From positions 62,001-126,000 of the forward strand of contig NIVC01000815.1 in NCBI GenBank assembly GCA_002269645.1: a DNA stretch of 64,000 nt. The letters run 5' to 3'. This DNA is from Macrostomum lignano (Eukaryota). Below the pieces are notes generated by a model. That model did no database searches, was not told where the DNA came from, and saw only the letters and a list, made by a program, of their open reading frames with translations. This document shows, piece by piece, positions 36,295 through 49,200 of this stretch (position 1 is the first letter of the stretch; each line of letters begins with the position of its first letter). The position numbers and the translations under genes are program-made.

Positions 36295-38741
36295 ATGGGC
36301 CAGTGTTTCGCTCGATTGATTGGCAGAGTTCCTAGTACGCCGTCTGAGTCACGCGCTGTTTCGTCGGACATCCCATTGGAACCCACTCCACGCATGAAAA
36401 CCTTGTTCGCGTATACCGCCCAAACACCCGGCGACTTGTCGTTCGAGAAAGACGAAATCTTGTACTTCGAGCGCGAGGACGTCGAAGGCTGGTGTTGGTG
36501 TCGCAACAAAGACGGCGAAACCGGCTTCGTACCGTCAAATTTTGTGCAGCGCCTCGATCTCGGACCGGAGTCCCTGCCTTGCTGGTTTGACGTCGACCGT
36601 CACGAGGCGATGAGTAACTTACTGATGCCAGGCTACAAGCCGGGCACCTACCTGCTGCGGCCTTGCCACCAGCAAAGAGTAGTTGCTAAGTACACTCTGA
36701 GCGTTCGATCCGAAGTGCTTAACGAGAATACCGGTGAAATGCGACCAACAGTAAGTCACTACATGGTGAAAGCGATGGACAATGGCGGATACTACATATC
36801 GCCAAGCAACAGATTTGACGGAATGGCTGACCTGCTGGAGTACTACAAGGAGCCGGGCCGCGGTCTTGCTGCGCCTCTCAGTTTGCCCTGCCCGAAGGTG
36901 TGGGTGCCCCCGGCCCAGTTCCGCGACTTTGAGGTGGAACGAGAGCGGATCACTATTCTTGAGAAGCTGGGCAGCGGATCATTTGGAGAGGTTTGGCTTT
37001 TATGTACTGTTGTACGAGCGTTTTTCGAACAATTCTGATCATTCTGGTCCGAGTACAAGGCTCGCAGGACCTGACAGTTAAAAAAAAATTAGAATTTAGA
37101 GCAAGAATTTTAACCAAATTGACATCTCCAATTGACCGCTTGTCCGTCAAGAATTTATCTGCATTTATCTGGAGCTGCATCCTTATAAGAAAAAGGGCTT
37201 CAGGGAGACGGATAGGTGAAGATAAAGTTCAATTAGCCTATTTAAATTTGGAAAGCCATGCAATGGTTGGAGTTTCCTTTTTTGGTCCGAGTTCAACGCG
37301 ACACACTTGCTCTGATGAAAGCGCGCAGAAGTTGCTGCACTGTGCTTTCAACTATAAATGTAATTAGGAGGACAGACACCAGATAGCTAGTTGTACCTAC
37401 GCAGTTCTACTGTATATAGCTACATGTGTATTATTATTCTTGATTGGTTCTAAGATAGCTGGCAAACCTACTGAGGCGTCTAAAAACTAACTAAGCGGCA
37501 AGCGGTTTTAAGTTTTTAGACATGACTGGTTCACTAATTTTAGCAAGCAGGAGCAGCAGCAGTAGCACCGATGTAAATCTTGTAGGGTCTATAAGTTTGC
37601 GTTTTCGTATAGTTAAGTAGTCTAAACTGCTTTGCATAAATAACAGCCAGATAGTTTAACTTGAATTTTAAAGCATTTTAGCTAAGAATAGCTAGTTGAA
37701 TGATTGGCCTTGTAGAGATTAAAATTACTGCTTCTATCAATTCTATAATTCTGTATCTTTTTTCAAGCTCCGTTTTAAAAACATGCCAGAATTTTGTACA
37801 CTTTTTTGCTTTTTAGTACGCATCTCGAAAGTGCAAACAATCAACATTTTAAGAGTACAATCTACAATACGAGTACCAAAAGAGTTAGCTATGAGTACAT
37901 GCTTAAATCCACACAATAAGTCAGTCTGCTCTACACGTCTTGCTCGCCTTTCATATCTTAGGTGTACAAAGCCCAGCTCGGCCGGAGGCAGATGGTGGCC
38001 GTGAAGACCATGACCGAGGGAGCCATGCGCAAGGAGGAGTTCCTGAGCGAAGGCCGCACTCTGCACAAGTTGCACCATCCGAAAATAGTGCAACTGCTGG
38101 GCGTGTGCACCAAAGACGACCCCATCTACATCATCACCGAGTTCATGCCTAACGGTGACCTGAAGAATTACCTGATGAAGGATCGCGATGTCGGTAAAAT
38201 CACATTTGAAGTCATGGTGACCATGTTGAGCCAGATTGCCGAAGGCATGGAGTACCTGGAGACCAAGAGCTTCGTCCATCGAGATTTGAGGGCAGCCAAC
38301 ATTCTCGTTGGTCACAACTTTGTGGTTAAAGTAGCCGACTTCGGTCTGAGCAAGTTTCTAGAAGAGGACGTTTACTCAGTAGCAGTGGAGAACAAGTTTC
38401 CTGTGAGATGGACAGCACCGGAGGCTGCTCAGTCCATGGAAAATTTTACAATCAAATCAGACGTTTGGTCATACGGCGTACTGATCTACGAGGTTGTTAC
38501 CAGGGGCGCAGTTCCGTACGCAAACATTCCAAACAAAGACATTATCACCAGAGTGTCTAAAGAGAAATACCGGATGCCGAACCCTAGAAGTCTGGGCAAC
38601 GAGAACGACGATCATGTGTACAAATTGATGCTGGACTGTTGGCACGAGAGGCCCGAAGACAGGCCGACCTTCGCCAGGCTGAAGGACATTTTCCAGACCT
38701 ACAAGACCCAGTTTGAGAACCAATATTCTCAAAACGATTGA
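36295..38741 (+). CDS. Src-family (Src/Frk-like) non-receptor tyrosine kinase, 491 aa; exons 36295-36990 and 37962-38741
   Basis: MGQC myristoylation/palmitoylation start; SH3 (LFAY...GDLSFEK...GW...GFVPSNFV); SH2 (W..VDR..GTYLLR); GSGSFGE|VY; VAVK; HRDLRAAN (Src-type); DFG; FPVRWTAPE; C-terminal regulatory Tyr (ENQYSQND). Phase-0 GT-AG intron. Confidence 0.95.
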
Positions 38742-39699
38742 TTGACACACTCTGTTCTGACTAGGCTCAATTCTGCTCATAGAGACACTTCAAGTTTTCT
38801 TTGCTTCCTGTTGATCATCTGATCAAGACACTGCGATTGCTTTCTGGTGTCTGGCCTTACGAAATGAAATTTTTGAGTAAAATTGATGATTGCTAGCTTC
38901 ATCACTAGAGAGCAATAGTGTAAATCTTAGGATCTCAGACTGGGACTCAGCTCAAAATCGGGTTCAGGTTGTCTGATAAACCAGACTGAATGAAGCAATT
39001 CATTTTGTCAAATGAAAATTAAAATATTGTTAAAGAACTACTTTTTACTTAAAAAGCGACACCCTTGTCAATAAAACTTAAAAAATTCCAGGTAAGCGGA
39101 ATAATTAGGCTTCCTGTTTTGCTTTATAATCCATGTCACCTTCTGATTTTTTTGTCGCTAATTCGAAAATTATGAGACAGTGCTCAGAAAATGTTCAGTT
39201 CTGGCTCCTTCTTCTTAATTTGGTTTATTCAGATGGTATTTAAATTTTTATGTGACTTCAGTCATATCTTTAGTTTCTAGAGAAGAGTTTTCTATGCGTG
39301 CACGTTTTATATTTATCTACAAGTACTACTTCATTATACTATAGTTCATGCATGCAAGTCGCACGGTATGACTGCATAAAATTGTCTGCTCAAAGTTAAA
39401 ATAATCATTCCACACTAGTTATTTCTGTTTATCACTGCGTGTGTGTCAGAATTCGCTGTTTAAATAATGAAAATATAATTGCGTTAACTGATTGCTTCAA
39501 ATTTGTTGAAGTCGATATTTTAAAGACAGTGTTGCATCACGCATTGCCAGATCCTATTTGCATCCTATTTTTCAATAGAAAATGCCCCCTCGGCTGTAGT
39601 AGTTGAAGTTCAGACAGAGAGATACATAGGCTCGTAGAATAGATACATAGATACATACCGGTAGAATAACAACAACAGCAACTACAGAATATGCAGTTG

Positions 39700-40302
39700 C
39701 GTCACAGGGCAGGTCGCGAATGAACGCCACGCCGCCGGCCGAATCCGGGGCGCCGGCGTCAGCCAGCAGGCAGTCGGCGCGGATGATGTGGCCTGCCAGC
39801 TGGAGTCGCCGACGGCGCAACAGGTCGCTTGGACGGACCAGGCCGGCGCGGCGATACAAAGCCGCGTTGGTCACTCGCTCGTAGCCGATCTTGAAGGCGG
39901 CGCGCAGCAGGTCAGCGTGCGCCGCGTCAACTTGTTGCTCGAGCGACTCCGTCAGCGTCCAGGTCTCGGCGTTGTACAGCAGGACGGTCTCCATCACCGC
40001 CTGGAACAACGCCGCCCTCTGGAGGTCAGGTAAGGCCTCGGACTGCAGGACTGCCCTCACAGGCAGCCCAGGCAAGCCCGCGGCGACGCCGCAAATCTTC
40101 GCCGACGCCGGGAACCAGACCGCCGAGGTAGACGAACTGCTGACAACGCGGAAGCTCTGTCGCCTGTCCATCAGCGCCTCGGCATAAGATCGCAGCCTCG
40201 ATGTCGTCCGGCACGCAGAGCACGACGGTCTGCTGCGTGTTGACCACCAGGCCGACACTCACTCGACAGTTGAGGACAGCAGGGCAAGGTCGTCGGCGTA
40301 GC
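39700..40302 (-). mobile_element. 5'-truncated, internally deleted RTE-clade non-LTR retrotransposon fragment
   Basis: YADDLALLSS at 40300-40271 and LLYNAETWTLT...LRRRRLQLAGHIIR (RTE C-terminus). It is frameshifted and flanked by (TACA)-type microsatellite. Confidence 0.85.
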
Positions 40303-40485
40303 ATACATACGCTCGTGCATACATGGAATAGATACATAGAATGGATACATAAATACATAGAATAAATACATACATACGAACATACATACATACATACATA
40401 CATTGATGAATAATTCTTGCTCAAGCTTAGAATTGCGTGTCTCAGATCCTACGATGCTTCTTTGCAAAACGTTTTCCTTCAATAT

Positions 40486-40745
40486 CCTTGCCATCCTTCA
40501 GGATCTTTGCCATCCACGGGATGTTTTCCATCCAGGATGTTTCCTATCCTTCAGGATCTTTGCCATCCAGGGTATGTTTTCCATCCAGGATGTTTCCTAT
40601 CCTTCAGGATCTTTGCCATCCTTCAGGATCCTTGCCATCCTTCAGGATCTTTGCCATCCTTCAGGATTGCCACACAGGGGATGTTTTCCATCCTGGATAT
40701 TCGCCATCCAGGGGATGTTTTCCATCCAGGATCTTTGCCATCCAT
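40486..40745. repeat. Minisatellite built from CCATCCTTCAGGATCTTTG / CCATCCAGGATGTTT subunits
   Basis: Visible tandem repetition that explains the overlapping repeat ORFs at 40403-40848. Confidence 0.85.
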
Positions 40746-40986
40746 GATGTTTGCCAGCAAGACGATTGCTAGCAGGATTGGATTTTTCTAGCGTTATTTC
40801 GGTATGTTTCAACAGGTTACACAGGTCATACACCTGCCGCACATGCATTTCCCATTTATTTGTTTATAAAATTCTCTGAATACGAGCCATTAAGCAGTTT
40901 GCCTGAGCTGTATTGAAAACATATACACGAGTACGTAGTACGCACTATTAACTATGGAATTTTGTTTCTAAGCGAGGTAAAAAGTC

Positions 40987-41904
40987 TCAAGCCTCCTCTT
41001 GGTGACATTCAAAAGCAGACAGGCTAATAAAACGCCGATTCCGACCATGCCGACGGTGGGCCCTGTGAAAGGCGCTGGTGACCGCGGAGACGAGACGCCG
41101 GCTTGTGTCAAATGAATCGCACAGGTAGGCATGACAGGTTGGGTTGATTGCCGAGGCTCCTCCAGCTGCGATGTCAACTGATACTAGACAAAGGATGCGA
41201 GGCTTGCTGGGACAAACGGCTACATACGATAGCGACTCGGTTGGAAAAAATACAGTCGGCGTTGAGCCGTTGGTGCTGCGCTCGTCAGAACCAGAGGTTG
41301 CGGTGGTTCCGGATTGACGCAGCTTTTGGTCAGTAGGCAAAGCAGCGACTCTAACGCCTTTTGACCGAACGCGCAGTCTCCAAACTGCCAGGCCATGTGT
41401 TCTGTTAGGACACAGAGCCGCCGCTTCGACTAGCCGTTCAGTGGGGCCAATGATGCTAGCAACGCCCTGCAGTCCGTCAGCTGGGGCAGCTCCCAGCGGC
41501 TTTACAGATGCTTCAAATGGCAAGTTTGGTGGTTCAATCGAGGTAGTTGCCACATCTGCGCCTTTGTTTGGCAAAGGTTTTTCTTTGCCTTCGAACAGTC
41601 GACGCACAGGGTTCCAGATCTTTGCTGGGCGAGACTGCCCGGTGCTTCCGGAAGGCAGCTGATTCGATTCGCTCCGCGTCGAGCTTTTCCCCAGATACTC
41701 TTCTTCATCAATTTCTGGCTGAGTAGAATCCGAGCTAGGTTTCATATCGTTTCGTTCTGTGCTCTTGAATGTTTTCTGTGCACTTATGTCATTCAAATTC
41801 AACGCGGCAGCAGTTGTCTGGCAGCGGCAGGAATGGAGGCAACTTAGACTGTTCGTAGCTATATTGGATTTGCTACTGCATGCTTTTTGACTCGATCTAT
41901 ACAT
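40987..41904 (-). CDS. Intronless PTB/PID (phosphotyrosine-interaction) domain protein; start at 41904 or 41745
   Basis: The C-terminal half (LRVRSKGVRV...FPTESLSYVAVCPSKPRILCLVS...CHAYLCDS...LVSAVTSAF) has the PTB-fold pattern. The N-terminal half is low complexity. Confidence 0.75.
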   Translation of the reverse strand: MYRSSQKACSSKSNIATNSLSCLHSCRCQTTAAALNLNDISAQKTFKSTERNDMKPSSDSTQPEIDEEEYLGKSSTRSESNQLPSGSTGQSRPAKIWNPVRRLFEGKEKPLPNKGADVATTSIEPPNLPFEASVKPLGAAPADGLQGVASIIGPTERLVEAAALCPNRTHGLAVWRLRVRSKGVRVAALPTDQKLRQSGTTATSGSDERSTNGSTPTVFFPTESLSYVAVCPSKPRILCLVSVDIAAGGASAINPTCHAYLCDSFDTSRRLVSAVTSAFHRAHRRHGRNRRFISLSAFECHQEEA

Positions 41905-44599
41905 TCACAGCGTATACAATTGTAACAGTGTAACAATATCCGATTTCCTCGCTACTGTGCGTGCGCTGTTTCTGCTCTTTTGGGCGGATCAGCTCTCTTG
42001 ATTGCAATGTACATTTCACACCCAGCCCATTTCGGAAGCACCTGTTTCGATCAGCCGGTCCTCATTCTCCAACCAACCCTTACTCCTGCATGATTTCGAT
42101 CCTACTATATAGCTACCGATCGCATTTCTGCTGAAACGCTAGCCTATAGCAGTTTGTATGTCAAAGTTAGCTTTAAATAAAAAGTAAACTGTTTGAAGGA
42201 TTGCGCATAAGTAGGTAGGTATAGGTAGATCTACAAGCACGCGTGTCTATCAGTGTACATGAAGCTCATATACCTCTTATGTACAATACATACGTTAAGC
42301 TTTTCATATTGCCAATTCCAGAATCAGAATCGGTTCGGATCTTCCAAGAAAAACAGCAGTATTTATTTAATTCTGTTGAATGTTTGACTGCCTTAACAGC
42401 CTCACTTTGCACGATTTTTCACTTTCTTCTTGGCGATTGTCATTCAATAATAAAAACTTTATAGCACGTATCTCCCTCTAGTTATGGAGACAAAAAGTTA
42501 TACTTCACAAATTGGTTCTGGTTCTGGAACCAGAGCAAGCAATATGAAAAGGCCCCGTGTAGATATACATGTGTGAGAGAAAGACAAACAGTTTGCGACG
42601 CAACTGAGTCTGAGTGTGATTTCATTGTCTTGTGCCTGCAAATGCAAGTCTTACAGTTCTAAAGTTCGTACAGTTTAATCCTAAATCTGCACACAGTTTA
42701 ATCCTAAATCGTACAAGTAATTCAAACAGCTTCAATCAAATAAATATAGTTTCTATATTTAATTGAAAATGCAAGCCACCGGTGCATATATGCACTCATT
42801 TTTGTACACAGTTGATCTCGGATTACACGCACTTGCTTCAGCTGCAAGAAATACAGTACATAACCCTCCGATCGTACATACTCGTGTATGTAAATCATGG
42901 ATAACAGAAGGGTAGAATGGTGTAGTGCATCGATGAGAGCTGGAGGTCGTCGGTGCAGATCAAACGTTTGAGTATATGTAGAGAACGCATAGCGCTAAAT
43001 GGTGTTCCGCCATGGACAAATTTGGTCGAGAAAAATTCGATTTGAATGCCTAGCTAGCTACTCGGTCATTAATGGGGAATTCAGGTTAGTTAAATTGCGT
43101 TAGCAACATGCATTTAAATGCACATGCACATGGTAAAGTTGATAGGTACGATCACCTCAGCAATAACTACAAGTAATTTAATGCTAATTTTCAGTATAAA
43201 CACGGATAAATTATTACTTTTTATCCCTTCAATTTACACATATTTGATTAAACATTAAATTTCGTTTTTTAAAAAGTAGAAGTTCTATGAAAATAATCAC
43301 CTGACTGCATGATGATCCGCTTCAGTTTCACCACCACATTAACAATAGTGAAATTTGTACCTTAGGTTTAAAAGCAAATGAATAAGGTAGCTAATACAGA
43401 TAATTTGACTAAAATAAATACTTACGATTTAAATTTGCATTTATAATTTCATTCCAAAACGTCTGTACAATACAAATAACAGCTTGACTCTTGAGCCTAG
43501 CCTACTACGCCGCCTACTCTACTTAACTTTGTCTTTACACATAACAATACAAAAACAACTAAACACTTCTGTTCTTACTTGTTTGCTTAGTTATAGCTTT
43601 ATCATCAGCCTAAACTTACCTGTTTTCTAAATCTTAGTGGGCTGGCTGGCCAGGTTTAACCTGTATTGTATCTTTACTACTTAGTTATAATTTTGATAAA
43701 TTTGCATTTCGAAGCCTCAATTGTGGCTCATCATCAAAGGTCGAGGAAAATATGAATGTTAACATTCTTTACTGTAAGTTTTAATTAAGTTAAGTTTAAT
43801 CACTGTTTGTTTATATCTATATTTTTGTATATTATATTTTGCTTAAAAAGTAAACAGATGACTTAGATTTTTACCCATAGGACATTTTTATACTTCTTAA
43901 AACTTTGTATAACCTAAGCTAAAGAAAACAGATATTTAAAGCAAAAGCTAGGTCTTTGATTTGCCAAAAATAATATTATAATATTTATTATTATAATAAC
44001 CTGGAAAGCAGATACTAGTATAAAATGATTAGGCCTTACTTTGTAGAACCTACACTTAGGATAATGTCTTTTTGCCTAGAAAATTCTAGTGCACAGAAGC
44101 CTTTTCAACTCAATACATTGGCATATATAGTATAAGCAAGATATTTTTAATACAACAGCCCAATATAGAGCAAGCTAAAATATAGCATATTTTAATGCCG
44201 ATGTGGATGCTGACGGCTATGCTAGAGTGGCAGCTAGACTTGGTGCACTCAGGGTTGCTCCGTGCGGCCTTTTGAGCTGACAAGAGTGTTGGGACCAAGA
44301 CTTATATGATTGGGCCAAGCTGTAGCGCCTGTCCATTATTCTCTGGTGGCGGCAACTTTAATTAGTAGGTCATGTGATCTAGGCTAAAGGCTACTGCTCC
44401 TAACCTATTCAGGATGTCCTGCTGCTCACCTTGCAGGGTCTATTCAGGTGGGGTCAGGCTTGCTATGCGACGCTAGGGTGCCCGACACTGCCAATGGAGC
44501 AGACTTTTTTTGCTCCAAGGCTCTGTGGCGCACCATCTAACACGCCCTGCTCTAACTGTGACTATGCATGTGGGGTCACATATTTTGTTATTGTTGATA

Positions 44600-44916
44600 G
44601 AATATCTTGCCAAGCTTTTCTAACTAAGATTTTTCTGCAACAAGGTTTTTCCATGAGAGTTTTTCTTGCCAAGGTTTCCTATAGAGTTTTTTATTAGAAT
44701 TCCAAGTCAAATCCAATTGGATTTGAAATCTAGTCTAATCTAGTTCATGTCTAAATTAGCCTAACCTAATCTAGCTAGACTAGTACAACATTGTTTATAG
44801 ATTAGATTTGACTTAAAATTCTAATTATAAATTCCCTACAATAAACCTCATTGTGAGAAATGTTTGCATGGATAAACCTTGGCAGGAAAACTTCCTGTAG
44901 GAAATTCCTACGCTCC
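44600..44916. mobile_element. Decayed copy of the GGG-terminated MITE family
   Basis: The interior (CTAGTCTAATCTAG...CATTGTTTATAGATTAGATTTGACTTAAAATTC) and right end (GGAAATTCCTACGCTCC) resemble 56228-56790. The left end is eroded. Confidence 0.55.
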
Positions 44917-46242
44917 AATAACAATGTTTTCTATTTGTTTAGTTTTAAATATTCAAAGTAAAGTCATTTATAGTTAGGGTTAATAGGGTTAAGGTTAATC
45001 TTAGCTATTTCATTGCTCTTTCATTTTATTGCATTTAATTATTCAAGTTTGCATTGAAAAAGACAACTTTTATACATTCAAATATTATATTTTCAAAGGC
45101 ACAGTCTATTAGCAATAAGGCAAAGTTATAAGACAAGAAAATTTTGGAGACTGTGCTCTAATGGCAGGTAAACACTAATTCTTAGCACTGTTGACTGCAA
45201 GCATTTAAGACTTATAAATGTTGTTTAGTTTTGAGCCTGCAAAAACACTTTTTATACACAAATACTCAATTTGCAAAACCTGAAAATTAAAAAATCTGTT
45301 ATATATAATTTACAAGTCTCTTTTAAACTGAGTGCAGCTTAAATAATTTTCTAGAGCCAAAAAATGGCTATTCTTCACTCTTACCATAGCCTTTCTCTAG
45401 CAAACAATCATTAAAATTTGACATGGGGTTTTATTTGCATTGAATATAGAACATATATTACCCACTCTTCTAATATACAGTAGCAATTAGAATTTGGTAG
45501 CTGTCTTCTCTACCTTTTTTAAAAACATGCCATTATCTCTCTATTGGAGAGACAAAGTGACTAAAAAAGGTTTGAAAATGTGTTTTCTGCTTTTGAACAA
45601 ACTTAAATTTTTTTATTTTCAACAGTAAAACAGCTTATTTGATGTATAAGAAAATGCTTCAATGACATGTATAGTTCCAAATTTGAGTTGCCAGCCATCT
45701 AGTCACCTCGTCAGTCAGTCTACTTAGTTTTAGATCTAGTATTCCAACTTTAGAAATGTTATATAGCAAAAGTTTAACAATTTTGTACAAGACTAAGGCC
45801 TGCATCTAATAACCAGTTTGAGATTATAGTAAAATTAGCTAAAATGATCATGGCTCAAAAATACAGAGTTGTTAAAAAAAGTAGTCAACCTTATTTGAGT
45901 AAATGGAGGTCTATATAGATAGTAAGTTGTCTTGTCTATGTTCTTAAATGTGTTTACAATCCTTAAATAAAAAAATTAAACCTAATAAGTCAAGAAATTA
46001 TGGAAAAATAGAAGAATTAGAAGAAAAACTTAGACAAGGATAAAAAACAAACAAATCAAGAGAGGGGGAACATTGAATAGTTGAGCAAAGCTATGTGGCA
46101 AAAAGGCTCATCAAACACAATTGTCACAATTCAGGAGATTGTGCATGCATGGATAGAGATATATCTGTGCCAACTAACTAGACCTTTAGCTTCAAAGCTT
46201 AAAATAGATATAAACAAACATCAATAATCAGCACCCAGAATT

Positions 46243-49200
46243 ATGATCCAATCTGGTATTTTAGCTGGCAAGAAGATTGCCATCACCTGTCTGGAAGACT
46301 CATTCGATAGCCTGTCAAATGCTATCGCAAAGAAAACCAATGTTCCAGTGGAGAATCAGAAATTAATTTATAAAGGTAAAATGATTTCTTTAACAACTGT
46401 GACAGGCCTTTTGGCTCTGTCTTTCTAAACTTCTAACTATTAGTGTTTATTAAATATCCTACGAGCTGCCACCAAAGTTGTTACAGGCCTTTCACCTCTT
46501 ACTTTATCAATTTTAATCCCACCGATTTGCCAACTACAGTTATCCTGATTATACTTGCTTTTACTCCCTAACTATTTCTTAGAATTTCATTTAAATATTT
46601 CTGGGTAGCGTTCTTAGTAGCGTTTCTGGTAGCTTATGGCTTGCTTTCTGGTAGCGTTCTAGTAGCTTATGGCCTGAGCGGTCTAGTACTGGTATATGTA
46701 TTAGTGTATAGTCCTAATCGGGCGTTCACCAAGACTAGAGGGTCACGGCGCCTCTCTTGGTATATCTCCAAGAATTAGTCCCAATTCCCTTCTCTTAGCA
46801 AATTTCTTAGAATCGTTTCACAGGCACAGGTTTTGCAAATAAATAAGTCGCTATTTAGCTCAAAGACTTTGAAATGGTTTAGATTGAACTGCTTATTCTG
46901 TTCGCAATTATTTGCTCACGAGTAAAAGACAGTTAGCGTATATTTGTCGCAAAACCGCTCCTATATATAGTGATTTTCCCCACATACGATTAAAACAAAA
47001 AATAATTCTCCAATTTATTTCGCGCATTAAAACAAACTATTATTTGGCGTTCGCGTAGATTCAGTTTCTAAGAAAGATTCGAATATACAGTTATTACATT
47101 GAAAGAACATTCGAGTATACTATGATAAAGGCATAGCACTAGTACAACTTTCCTCCTCTATATATCAAATTTTGAACGAAATACTATATTATATGTATAC
47201 AGTGAAAAATTGATATCGTAGGAAAATGCAGGTGAAAAGGTGCAAAGCAAGGTGCAGAAAACACAATTCAGTGCTAAAACAATTGGTGCATAAAATGGTT
47301 GTGATAGAACTATTATGTAGGTAAACCATTAAAGTGAGAACTATTATGGAAGCAAAACGAACTATTATAAAAGTATTATAAAAGGCAAAATTGTTATTAA
47401 AGGCAACGCAAAAGTTAGTTCACCTCAATAGTTCAGATAAACATGCAGGGCTCCGGGAGGTCGCGATAGTAGGGCCAGCCGACTTGAGCGAAAAACCATC
47501 GGTACTCTTCGTCGAGGACCGTCAGCGCTGGCGGCGGGTTGGCTCTTATAGCTCGCTGGAGGCGATAGGCGACGTCCTGGAGAACAGCGACAGCTTCCTG
47601 GTAACTGAATTGATCCCTCAGAAACTTCAGGTGTGTCCAAATTTGCGAGCATTGGGGGTAGCGCTGTCGGCTGTCGGATCGGTGGTACGCTACTTTCAGT
47701 GCGTATTGCTCAATGTGGAAGCGTAGCTTTTCCACCTCTGCTCCGCGAGTCTCCACAAGTTCTCGGACGATGCGATGAAAATCTCTCTGCGAATTCGATT
47801 GCTGCTGGCTCGGCTGTAGTGCTGATGGCTGGCTAGACTGCTGCGCTGATTGCAGGCTCGGCTGCGACGCTGGCTGCTGAGCTGGCGGTGTCGCAGCTGT
47901 CGATTTCTTCTGCCGTGGTGCCGGGGTCTTTCTCGATGATGGGGCAGCTGGCGGTGACACCAACTGCTGCGTTCGGCTTGATGTCGACGATCCTGGCGTG
48001 GCCTTGACAAGATAGGAGCGCACGGGCGCAGCTGCCTGTGCTGCCACCAGGGCGGCGCGCTTCTGCTCGGGGCCTTCGACCCTCATTTGGCGGCAAGGCG
48101 ATGAAGCTGGCGATGATGTTCTTGGCCGTTTGCTGGATACACCAGGCGCCTTTGGACGTGTTGCACATCGAAGCGGTGCCTCATTTTCGTCGGTGTTGGG
48201 CGCTGGCTGGGGCTCCATATCGTCTGACAGATTGCCAATTAACTCGTCCAAGATATCAATAGAGTTGTTCATTTTGATTTCTCTGCGAATGGCTCTTAGA
48301 ATAGAAAGGAAGCTAGCAGTGAGCTATGGGATCTGTGGGGCCTGCGGGGTGCTCGTATTTATAGGCTGGCGGGCCGAAAAACTGGACCTCTTCGAAGCAC
48401 TCCCCTCGCGCGTGGGGCGGGGCATGTCAGATTTGACAGATTTGGCAACTAAATTTTTATGGATTTTCTATTTCTTTTTATAATTTTTTTTATTTTTTGA
48501 TAGATTTTCTTGAGTAAAGTATCAAATTAAAGATCGCATTTTGTAGATTAATATGGTATTTACAGATTCGCTCTATGTACAGCATGTCAAATTTTATAAG
48601 CAGATAAGTAATTCTAATACGGAATTTTTAACTATTTAACACTGTTTCTTATGGGAAATTGCTTACGTCATGATTTAAGGTGCTAAATATTTCGCGTAGC
48701 GCCTTCGGGGCACAAATCCTGTCGCGCCTTCTCTTTCTCTCTCTTGCTGAGTCACTCTATTGTCTCGGGGTCTCAAATTATAGCCTCCTACTGTGTTAGC
48801 ACGTTCCTCCTCTAACTCTATTGCTCCTTCTTCTTCTGATGGCTCATCTGAGTCAGTCGCTCTCTCTGTATTTTCACTGTTCAATTCTTCATTTCCTTCG
48901 TTTTCACTCTGCGAATTCGGATCTGCGAATACTCTCCATTGAATTCTGTTTTCTTCGTCTGAGCTTTCCTCCTCTAAAATTTGAACTTCTGGAATTCTAA
49001 CTTCTTTTTGTCTATGGCAAATTCTTTTATTCGACTTCGGCGGTTCCTTCTTCTTAGTTGACACTGGTGCTGGTTTTAAATTATTGTTAATTTCCTCTGG
49101 TAAATCAATTTCGGATTTCGGCACTGGAGTCAGATTATTACTGTTTTTCTTCGAACAATTTTGCAAATTCTCACAGCTTCTCTTCGAAATCTCATCTTCA

